From positions 1 to 50,817 of the forward strand of contig QPMI01000345.1 of NCBI GenBank assembly GCA_004431415.1: a DNA stretch of 50,817 nt, written 5' to 3'. The notes beneath the pieces were generated by a model. The model did no database searches. It had not been told where the DNA came from and saw only the letters and a list, made by a program, of their open reading frames with translations. The position numbers and the translations under genes were made by a program. Source of the stretch: Cyanophora paradoxa CCMP329 (lineage: Eukaryota > Plantae > Glaucophyta). Of this stretch, positions 1 through 9,400 are shown piece by piece (positions within the stretch are counted from its first letter, which is position 1; every line of letters starts with the position of its first letter).

Positions 1-1655
1 ACCCGCTTCATGTCCCACGTGTCGATCATGTTCGGCCACCAGACGCACAGCGCGAACCTGCCGCCGGCCTCAGCGCGACCGGCGCGGCGGCCCGGGGTAC
101 ACGGCGCGCACTCCTTGTACACCCCGTGCTTGTTCTCCACTGCGCGGCGCGAGGGTCGGCGGTGGCGCGATCTCAGTGCTCCGGGGGAGGGGTACCGTGG
201 TACTTCTCGAAGAGGCCCGTGGCGGCGGCGTAGGTGAAGTAGATGCCGTACTCCGTGTAGCTGTCCCACCTGCCCTCGCGGCGCTGAGCGGCGGGCGGCG
301 AGGGGCGGGGGCCGGGGGCGGGGCCGGGGGCGGGGCGCGGACACGCGGTCGACGAGGTGGTCGCGCCAGCAGACGCCGAACTTCTCCTCGATGTGCCGCC
401 CGATGCTCCGCGTCACCTGCCCCGGCCGCCACGCGCCCCGCGCCTCAGCCCCGCCGCCCTGGGCGGGGCCGGGGGCGGGGGGGGCACGGTGGTGGAGAGG
501 ATGGCGGGGGTGACGCCGAAGCGCTGCGGCTGCGACTCGGGGATGGCCACGCCGAGGACCTTGGCGGAGCCCTCCCACCAGGCGGGGATCGTCAGCCCCA
601 GCCGGTCCTTGTGCTCCATGTTCGTCTTCCCCTGCGCCCCGCCGTGAGCCGCGCCGGCGGCGCCGGGCGGGGCGGGGCGGTGCGGCGCGCCTTGCCGCCG
701 ACGAAGAGGGTGTCGAGGCCGCACTTCTGGACGGCGATAATGTCCGAGTCGAACGTGATGTAGTACTTCGTCCGCACTTGCGACGCCATCGAGAGCTGCC
801 GCCCCCCGCCCCCTCCCTCAGCGCCCGGCGCGGGGGGCCAGCGCGGGCCGTGCGCGGGGGCCCCGGCTCGCCTTGAGGATCTGCTGGCGGATCCAGTTGG
901 GGACCTCCCACCTGCGCCGGCGCTCAGGGCGCCGCGGCGCGCCGCGGGGCGGGGCGGGCGGCGCGCTTCTTGAGCTCGGGGACGAGCTGGTTCTCCTTGA
1001 GGACGCGGATGTGGGGCGTCAGCCAGAGGCCCTTGAGCCCCTCCGCCACCTCCTCCGCCTCCTTGTCGATCACGATCATCAGGATCTCGCACACGCCTGC
1101 GCCGCCGCGCGGGCCCGCGGCCGCCGTCACGCGCGCGCGCGGTCTGAGGAGAGGAGGGCGGGCGGCGCGGGCACCGCTCATGTCGAAGAACTTCTTCATG
1201 GACTTGTCGAGGATCTTGAAGCGCGGGAAGTCGTTCAGCGTGAGCGGCAGCACGAAAGTCACCGTGTCGCCCGGGTCGCAGTGGGGCAGCCCGTCCCTGC
1301 CGCCCCGGCGCGCGTCAGGAGAGCGCGCGCGCCCGCCGTGAGCGCTGACGCACTGCTCGCGCTTCTTCAGCCGGCTGCCGAGGAAGAATGGCGTGTCCGG
1401 CGCCGCCGGGCACTTCGCGGACTGCCAGTCAAGGGGCTCGGCTTCCTTCGACGACGCGGCGAGCGTCTCGCTGATCGCCGCTTCCTCGCTCGCCGCAATC
1501 GTCGTCGCAGCTACGCTCCCGGCTACGGGCAGCGTCGGTCTCCGCAGCCAGAAGCCGAACTGTGTGATGAAGAACGCCGCGAGAAGAAGCATCGCCCATT
1601 TTCGTACCGTTGAGCCCTTCGTCGCGCGCTGCACTCGCCGTGCGACGCCCCGCAT
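1..1655 (-). CDS. Type II membrane GT-A-fold glycosyltransferase-like protein (DUF6492-like), multi-exon, 3' end runs off the window
   Basis: Short basic N-tail then a hydrophobic anchor (WAMLLLAAFFITQFGFWL). Spliced exons give TVTFVLPLTLNDFPRFKILDKSMKKFF, VCEILMIVIDKE, NWIRQQILKLSMASQVRTKYYITFDSDII (DxD motif), FGVTPAILST, YTEYGIYFTY. Family assignment is from recalled motifs, not a search. Confidence 0.65.
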
Positions 1656-1804
1656 GGCGCGGGCTCAACACAGAACCCTGAGCCTTCAGCGACCCCCGCA
1701 ATCGCTACTAAGCCTAACCGCGCAACGTACAGAGGCCTGGCTTTCAACGGAGCTGAGCGCGCTGACCTCGAGTTGTACCCACCCTGACGAGGGGGTACTC
1801 GTCG

Positions 1805-4800
1805 ATGGCGGGCAAGAAAGCGCGGCCGCCCGCGGGCGACGTGCAAGTCAAAGATGAGCGCTTCAAGCACATGCATGATGACCCGCGGTTCAAGAAGATG
1901 CCGAAGAACCTCAGCAAAGTCAAGATCGACCAGCGGTTCGCGAGCATGTTCACAGACAAGCGCTTTCAGGTCGAATGTTCGTAGCTCGCGATTCAGTGCC
2001 TGTACCAGCGCCCGTACGCGCCGCGGCGCAAGTATCGACGCGATCGCGTTTCGCCCGCAGACAAGGTCGACAAGTACGGGCGCAAGATCAAGAAGAAGGC
2101 GGAGGACGACATGAAGCGCTTCTACCAGGTCGACGAGGACGAGGAGAAGCCGGCGGATGAGGACGCAGAGGAGCAGGAGGCACCGCAGCCGCCGCCGAAG
2201 GAATCGAAGAAGGCGGCCAAGCGCGCCCAGCCGCAGAGCGAATCCGAACCCGAGGAGGAGGACGAGGATGAGCCTGAAGCAGACGAGTGCGCACGGCAAC
2301 CCGCCCGCCGCGGCTCAATTTTTGATCCAGCGCGTCAGGCAGGAGGGGGACGGGGCGGCGAGCGACGAGGAGGGAGCGGAGGAGGACGGGAGCGAGCGGA
2401 GTTTCCAGTGGGACGGCAAGTCGAGCTCCTCCGAGGACGAGGCGCTGCCGGCGCCCGAGGAGGACGAGGGCGAGGACCTGGTGAGCCCGCCCCGCGCCCC
2501 GGCCCCCGCCCCGCCCCCGACGCGGCGGCGCGCAGTGGGAGTCGGTGAACGAGAGGAAAGACGTGCCGACGCTCGAGGAGGCGACCCCGCGGCTCGCCGT
2601 AGTCAACATGGACTGGTCGCGCATCAAGGCGCGCCCCGGCCCCCCGGCGCGCCCGCCCCGCCGCCCCTGCTGACGCCGCGGCAGGCGGTCGACATCATGG
2701 CGCTGCTCCAGTCCTTCGTGCCCAAGGGCGGCCTCATCCGGCGCGTCACGGTGTACCCCTCGGACTTCGGCCTGGAGCAGATGGCCAAGGTGCCGCGTGC
2801 CCCGCGCTGCGCGCTCGGGCGGCCGACGCTGATGCGCGGCGGCGCAGGAGGAGAGGTACGGGCCGCAGGGGATCTGGAAGGAGGGGGCGGGCGGCTCGGC
2901 GTCGGGCTCGGCGGACGAGGCGGCGGCCCCGAAGCCGGCGAGGAGGCGGGGCGGCAAGGCCGGCAGCGGCGGCAGGGCCCCGGCGGCCTCGAGCAGCGGC
3001 GACGAGTCGGGCAGCGGCGGCGAGGAGGCGCAGGATGACGAGAGCGGGGAGGAGGGCGGGGAGGAGGGCGAGGGCTCGGAGGGCGAGCCCAGCGGCAGCG
3101 AGAACGAGGTGGCAGCGCGGAGGCGGAAGGAAGAGGTGCGCCGGCGCGCCCCGCGGCCGGCCGGCGGCGGCGGCGCCTGACCTCACGCGGGGCGCCCCCT
3201 GACACGGGGCGCGGCGCAGGAGTCGTCGCTGGACGCGCGGCGGCTGCGGGAGTACGAGCTGAGCAAGCTGCGCTGGTACTACGCCGTCGTCGACTGCGAC
3301 ACCGCCGCCACCGCCAACGCCATCTACGAGCAGGTGCCCCGCCCGCCCCGCCCGGGCCCGGGCCCCCTCTCGCTGGGCCCTTTGGGTTCCCCCGCCTCTC
3401 GTTTCCTGGGCCTCTGTTCTTCGATTTCGGGGTGGGGTCTGGGTCTCCTGGGTTCCGCTGCCGCGAGATGATGCAACATATTTTTCCCTCATCCGAATCC
3501 AATAATGAGGATTTGCAAAGTTACGGATGCTGATCTCGAGCGCCGCTCTAAATAACCCTAAAACGGGCCTCTTCGTCGAAATGATGAACAAAATTTTTCC
3601 CTCATCCGAGAAATCGTGAGGATTATCAAAAGTTACGGATGCTGATCTCGACGCATGGCCCGTCATTAGCTGCTAAATTTTTCAAACTCGAGCTCTTGCT
3701 CACTTCTCAATCTAGAGCTCTTGCCCAGCCGGGGGTCGAAATGATGAACAAAATTTTTCCCTCATCCGAAATTCCGTGAGGATTATCTAAAAGTTACGGA
3801 TGCTGATCTCGACGCATGGCCCGTCATTAGCTGCTAAATTTTTCAAACTCGAGCTCTTGCTCACTTCTCAATCTAGAGCTCTTGCCCAGCCGGGGGTCGA
3901 AATGATGAACAAAATTTTTCCCTCATCCGAAATTCTGTGAGGATTATCTAAAAGTTACGGATGCTGATCTCGACGCATGGCCCGTCATTAGCTGCTAAAT
4001 TTTTCAAACTCGAGCTCTTGCTCACTTCTCAATCTAGAGCTCTTGCCCAGCCGGGGGTCGAAATGATGAACAAAATTTTTCCCTCATCCGAAATTCCGTG
4101 AGGATTATCTAAAAGTTACGGATGCTGATCTCGACCCCCCGGCTCTTACTCTAAAGAGGCGGCCGCCTTAGTTGATGAGTACACTTTTCATCGCATTCTC
4201 TGACCCGAATGAGGAGAAATCAAAGTGCATCGCCAGTTTCTGATGCAAGGCGGCCGCCTCTAGATCTTGGGTTTCGTTTTTGCGAGTATTTCCGCCACGT
4301 GCAGTCCGCTATGATGACCTCAAGTTTTTCCCTCAACTGAATGCTAGTGAGGATAAACAACCGTTCGCTTTAAATACCTGATCGTCGGACCGCTTCTTCG
4401 GCTTCTTCCCCCCTTCCCCCCCCGGCGCGCCCTCGCCGCGCCCACGCCGCGCTGACCCCCGCGGGGTTTGCAGTGCGACGGGCTGGAGTACGGGCGCTCG
4501 TCGAACGTGCTGGACCTGCGCTTCGTGCCCGACGGCCAGGATTTCTCCGAGCGCAAGATGCGGTCCGCCCCGCCCCGCGCCGCCACGTCCCTGCCCGCCC
4601 CGCCCCGACCGAGCGGGGCGGGGCGGGCAGGGACGTGGCGACCGAAGTGCCGCCCAAGTACGCGCCGCCGACGTTCGAGACGAAGGCGCTGCAGAGCACG
4701 CGCGTCGAGTGCACGTGGGAGGCCGGCGACGAGGACGCCAACCGCACCCGCCTCACCTCCGACAAGTGCGCCCTCCGCGCCGCCGCGCCCGGGCCGCGGC

Positions 4801-6154
4801 CGCCGGGGCCGACGCGGGGCGCAGGGTCTTCCGCAAGCAGAAGGACGTGCGCTACCGCGACTACAATGCCCTTCTCGCCTCTTCGGACGAGGAGGAGGAG
4901 GAGGAGGAGGCGGGCGGGGAGGGGAGCGGGGGCGAGTGGGACGCGGCGAGCAGCCGGGCGAGCAGCAAGAAGAGCACGCTCTCCAAGGCCGAGCGGCGCG
5001 CGAAGCGCCGCGAGATGCGCGACAAGTACACGTGCGCCGCCGCCCCGCCGCGGGGGCGCCCCCGCATGCGCAGCGAGCGCCCACACGACCGCCGCGTGCG
5101 CAGGGCGCTGCTCTTCGGCGACGGCGACAAGGCGAAGAAGAACCCGGGGTGCGCCGGGCCCGGGCCCGGGTCGGAGCGCGGGGCGGGGGGGCTGAGAGAC
5201 GGGGCCAGGGACATGGAGGCGACGTTCGTGCCGGGGGCGGCGGCGCGGGGCCGGGAGCTCGCGGAGAAGCTGCAGAACAAGGGCGGGGAGGAGGAGAAGA
5301 CGGTCTGGGAGAAGTACCTGGAGGAGCGCAAGCGCCGCCGCAAAGAGCGCCGCAAGGCCCGCCAGGCCGGCGACTCTTCCGGCGCCGAGGCCAGTGGCGC
5401 CGACGAGGACGAGGGCGATGGCGAGGGCGAGGGGGCGGGCCCGTCGGGCAAGGGGGAGATGAAGGCGGACGTGTTCGGGGGCGCGGACCTCGGCTTCAAC
5501 GACCCCTTCTTCCTCGGGGCCGGCGCCCGCCCGCCCAAGCCCTCCAAGGCCGCCGCCCGCGAGAAGCAGCGCGCCGAGGCGGCCGAGGAGCGGGCGCGGG
5601 AGAAGGAGGAGGCGCGGCGCGAGGAGGAAAAGCGCCGCGCGGAGCTCGAGCTGCTCATGATGGACGAGTCGCTGCCCGCGGAGGGCGCCGAGCGCAAGCG
5701 CGGCTTCAACACCAAGGAGGACAAGAAGAAGAAGAAGGACAAGGCGAAGAAGAAGGGCGGCAGGGGCGCGGAGGAGGCGGCCGGGGAGGAGGAGGCGGCC
5801 GGCTTCAAGATCGACACGGCGGACCCGCGCTTCGCGGCGCTCTTCTCGTCCCCGGCCTTCGCCATCGATCCCACGCACCCGCAGTTCAAGAAGACGGCCG
5901 TCACGCTCCAGATCCAGGCCGAGCGCCAGAAGCGCCGCGCCGCCCCCGCCGAGCCCGCCCCCGCCCCCGAGAGGCCCGCGCCCTCGTCCGCGGCCGGCGG
6001 GGCGGGGCGGGAGGAGGACGGGGCGGACCGGCGCCCGCTCTCCGCGATCGTGAGCGCGCTGAAGCGCAAGGCGGCGGCGGCGGCCGAGCCGGCGCCGCGG
6101 CCCGCGCCGGCCCCCGTCAAGGCCCCGCCGCCCAAGAAGCCCAAGGCCAAGTAG
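1805..6154 (+). CDS. ESF1: Pre-rRNA processing protein ESF1 (NUC153 domain), multi-exon
   Basis: Motifs DPRFKKMPKNLSKVKIDQRF, VDKYGRK, RLAVVNMDWSRIKAVDI, VTVYPSDFGLEQM, LREYELSKLRWYYAVVDCD, IYEQ|CDGLEYGRSSNVLDLRFVPD, TVWEKYLE, and C-terminal DPRFAALFSSPAFAIDPTHPQFKKT. Confidence 0.95.
3464..3538 (+). ncRNA. Intronic box C/D snoRNA, family A copy 1 (diverged)
   Basis: Terminal stem CGAGA/TCTCG; C box ATGATGC 3468-3474; D' CCGA; C' ATGAGGA 3505-3511; D CTGA 3530-3533; guides TTTTTCCCTCAT and AAAGTTACGGATG. Confidence 0.85.
3575..3652 (+). ncRNA. Intronic box C/D snoRNA, family A copy 2
   Basis: Stem GTCGA/TCGAC; C box ATGATGA 3581-3587; D' CCGA; C' GTGAGGA; D CTGA 3642-3645; same two guides. 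Confidence 0.88.
3735..3813 (+). ncRNA. Intronic box C/D snoRNA, family A copy 3
   Basis: C box ATGATGA 3741-3747; D CTGA 3803-3806; GTCGA/TCGAC stem; guides identical to copy 2. Confidence 0.88.
3896..3974 (+). ncRNA. Intronic box C/D snoRNA, family A copy 4
   Basis: C box ATGATGA 3902-3908; D CTGA 3964-3967; one C>T difference from copy 3 between D' and C'. Confidence 0.88.
4049..4144 (+). ncRNA. Intronic box C/D snoRNA, family A copy 5 (extended external stem)
   Basis: C box 4063-4069; D box 4125-4128; flanks AGCCGGGGGTCGA and TCGACCCCCCGGCT pair with one bulged C. Confidence 0.88.
4155..4261 (+). ncRNA. Intronic box C/D snoRNA B
   Basis: Perfect 15-bp terminal stem AGAGGCGGCCGCCTT (4155-4169) / AAGGCGGCCGCCTCT (4247-4261); C TTGATGA 4172-4178; D' CTGA 4200-4203; C' ATGAGGA 4209-4215; D CTGA 4240-4243. 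D guide GCATCGCCAGTT is complementary to the conserved LSU rRNA sequence AACUGGCGAUGC (recalled). Confidence 0.88.
4304..4390 (+). ncRNA. Intronic box C/D snoRNA C (shares its D' guide with family A)
   Basis: Stem GTCCG/CGGAC; C ATGATGA 4311-4317; D' CTGA 4337-4340; C' GTGAGGA 4347-4353; D CTGA 4378-4381; D' guide TTTTTCCCTCA. Confidence 0.85.
4581..4640. repeat. Perfect 27-bp inverted repeat with a 6-nt loop, spanning an ESF1 intron/exon junction
   Basis: CGCCACGTCCCTGCCCGCCCCGCCCCG (4581-4607), loop ACCGAG, then the exact reverse complement at 4614-4640; the acceptor AG at 4629-4630 lies in the right arm. Confidence 0.95.
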
Positions 6155-6461
6155 CCCTCAGGGCCCTTTCACCCTTTCCGCAGCAGCTGTAGCTCTAGCA
6201 GATTCTAGCTGTAGGCAGTTTCAAGTTTCAACCAGGAAAGGTAGCGCAGCCAGGCAGTGTAAGTTTCAACCAGACTCTCTGAGTGCCTCCTTTAGTGTTT
6301 GAGTGAGGGCAGGAATCCTGCAGGTCGTGATAGTTCACGCTGAAATGCAAAATTTTCTTTCAAAGCGCACGCCCGCCCTAATTTCCGTAGCAAACGGGGT
6401 GCGAGGGGGGGGGGGGGGGGGGGGGGGGAGGGGCGGCGGGGCGGCGGGGCTGTGCAGGGGG

Positions 6462-9400
6462 CTACTGGACGAGGGGGACGCCGGGCTCCCAGCGGGGCAG
6501 GAGGCCGCGGAGGCGGAAGCAGGCGCGCTCGGCGGGGCGGCAGCCGGCGAGGGCGACGTCGCTCGCGAGCGCGCGGCACGGGAGCAGGCCCGGGTCGGGC
6601 TCCGAGAAGAGCGTCGGGGCGGCAGGGGCCCCTCGGGGCGTGGGCCTGGCGGCGGCCTCGCGGGGGCGGTGGCGGAGGAGGCGGGAGGGGCGGAGGAGGC
6701 CCGAGGCCTCGAGGGCGTCGAGCAGCTCGGCGAGGGAGCGGCCGCTCGCGAGGCCGCCCAGCTCCCGCTCCAGGGCCCCGCCGTGATCCCGGCCGCCGCG
6801 CCACCAGCCCCGCGGCGCGCGCGAGGAGCACCCTCGCCACGGGGCGCGCCAGGCCGCCGTCGAGCCGCCGCCACGGCCGCCCCGGGGTCGCCTCGTCCCA
6901 GCGGCCCTCCTGCACCGCCACCGCCCCCGTGGCCAGCTCGCGGGCGAGCGGGTAGAGGCACCAGGGGCGGGCGCAGGCGGCGGCGACGAGGCGCGGCTCG
7001 GGGCCACTGCCGGCGCGCACGAGGGCGCAGAAGTTGGCGGCGTGCGCCGCGTAGCGCTCCAGCCAGGCGGCAGCGCCGCGGGCGCGCCAGCCGAGGGCGG
7101 GGAGGAGGCGGGAGGGGGCGAGCCGGGCCAGCCAGCCGCCGTCAGGGCCGCCTCCAGCGCGAGCAGCGCCCCCGCGTGCGCCTCCGCCGCCTCCACCGGG
7201 CCCCACCCCTCGGCCCCCTCCTCCTCGTCGTCATCGTCGTCGTCGCCGGCGAGGGCAGGCCGCTCGGCGCGCCAGGGGCGAGGGCGAGGCCGCGGAGGGC
7301 GTCGCGCCAGGTCTCGGGGGCCTCCGCCGTGCGGGCCGCGAGCGCGGCGACCACCTCGGGCGGGCCGCCTCGGGGGCGTCCCCCGCCGCGTCCGGCGGCC
7401 CCGCGAAGGGCGCCCGGGCGGGGGCGGCGTGAGGCCGAGCTCCGCGAAGGGCGCCGCCGCGTCCACGCGCGCCCGCGCCGCCGCCGCCGCCGCCCGGCCC
7501 CCTCCAGGAGCGGCCGCCCCGCCGCCGGGGCCCCGCGCGCCGGCGCCGCCTCGGCGGGCGGGGCGGGCGAGAAGAGGGGCCCTCGGGGCGGAAGGGCGCC
7601 TCGCCGGCCGCCCGCACGACGACCTCTGCGGGGCGGCTCGCGGGGGGCAGGGCGGGCGGGCGGGGCGGGCGGGGAGGGCGCACTGAAGCGGGCAGGGTGA
7701 GCCGCACCTCCGCGAGCCGCGTCTCGTCCCGTCGAGCTTCTCCGCCGCCCCGATCTGCCCCGCCCCGTGAGCGGGGAGAGGGGGGGGGGGGGGGGGGGGG
7801 GGGCGGGCCTTCAGGAGGTGGCGAGAGACGCCGCCGGAGTTGACGCGCTCGCCGCGGACGTCGACGGGCTCGCGCTCCGAGAGGGGCTCCACGACGGGCT
7901 CCAGCGCCGCCCGCCCCGCCGCCGCCAGCGCCAGCGCCTGCGCCACCACGCCGCTCGCCGGCTGCTCCCCCACCTCGATCTCCCCGCCCCGCGCCTCGCA
8001 CTCTGCGCCCCGGCCCGTTCGCTCCCCGCCGGCCTCGCCCGGGGCGGGCGGGGCGGGGGCGGCACCGGCGCGGAAGCGGGCGGCGAAGGCGGCGGCGGTC
8101 TCGGAGAGGTCCTTGGGGTAGCCGGCCTCGTGCAGCATCTCCCGCGCCCTGCCCCGCCCCGGCCCCGCCGTGAGCGCCCGGCCGCCGGCAGGGGAGCGGG
8201 GGCGCGGGGCACCGGGAGGCGATGTGGAAGGCGCGGCCGGTGGTCGCCTTGGCGCCCTTGGTGCGGACGAGGAGGCCGCGGGCGCGGAGGTCGCGGAAGG
8301 CGGCGCCGAGGGCCTCGTCGCCGAAGGGAGCGAGCAGCGCGTACGCCGCCTCCGCCGCGTACTCCCGGTCCCGATCAGCATGATCATCTGCCGGCGGCCC
8401 CTCAGCCGCCTCGCGCTGCACGGCTCGCCCGCGCGCCGGCCGCGGCGCACCCGCAGGTGGTCGGCGACGGCGGCGGCGGCGAGTGCCTCGGTCGAGTCGC
8501 TCTCGGGGCACCGTCGTCGCTGGGCGGCGGCCCCGCCTCGCCCTCGCCGGCCCCGGGACTGTCGCCGTGTGCACGGTGAACTGCGGGGGCGGGGCGCCTC
8601 AGGGGGCGGGCGCGCGGGGCCGCGGGGCGGGGCGGGACCTCCTCGAGGATGGCCTCCACGCTCGCCGGCAGCTCCAGCGGCCGCGGCGCCGGCACCGAGA
8701 GCGCCAGCTCGGGGGCCGCCCCGGGCGCCCCCCCGGCGCCCCCCGCGGGGTCCTCGGCGGGGGCGGTGGGCGAGGGCAGGGGCGGCTGGTGCCGCAGGGG
8801 CACCGAGGGCATGCGGCGGCGGGAGCTGGAGCCGAGGAGGGCGGTAAGGGGGGCGATGGGCCCCTGCGGGTCGGCCCACGCCCGCTGCACCATCGCGTTG
8901 TGCACGGCCCGCCGCACGTCCGGGTTCCGCTGGTGCCGCTGCCAGCGCCGCTTGCACTGCGCGAGGGTCTTCTGCGGGGGCAGCCGGTCCTCGACGAGCT
9001 CCCAGAGGAGGTTCTTGTTGTTCGGGTGGCGCCGCGGGTCCGCCACCCCCGCCGCCTTCACCTCCGCCACGAGCTGCAGCAGCACCGCGTCCTCCGCCGC
9101 CGTCCACCGCGAGCGCGCCATGAACTCGCGCCGCCGCCCCACGTTCCACTTGCCTTTGTCCACCGCCTCGCCCAGGCCCGAGCGGCGGTTCCCCTCCTCC
9201 CCGCCGCTGCTCCCGCCGCTGCCCTCGGACCCGGAAGAGCTCGCGCCCTCCTCGTCGGCCTCCAGCGCCCGCTTCTTGCCGACCCCCGGCGCCGCCTCCT
9301 CCTCGCCCTTCGCCGCCCCCGCGCCTTGCGCGCCCTCGCCGCACGCGGCGGCTGCGGCGCCCCGCCCGCGCCCGCGCCCGCGCCCACGCCCGCGGCCCCG

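Larger units (their letters stand above)
3575..4135. repeat. Tandem array of 160-161 bp units (snoRNA plus about 82-bp spacer), about 3.5 units
   Basis: C boxes recur at 3581, 3741, 3902 and 4063; the spacer GCATGGCCCGTCATTAGCTGCTAAATTTTTC...CCAGCCGGGGG is identical in three copies. Confidence 0.97.

Noticed and set aside
3553-3562. TAACCCTAAA as a telomerase RNA template or interstitial telomere
   Set aside because: About 1.5 repeats in a short snoRNA spacer with no supporting structure; chance or a telo-box-like element cannot be distinguished.
3575-4135. Tandem array as CRISPR or transposon insertion
   Set aside because: Spacers are identical rather than unique, units are 161 bp, there are no cas or transposase genes and no TIR/TSD; the C/D boxes explain the structure.
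6404-6428. Poly-G runs (also about 7780-7803 and 28871-28897) as functional G-quadruplex elements
   Set aside because: Simple homopolymers of uncertain length in a GC-rich assembly; no specific evidence of function.
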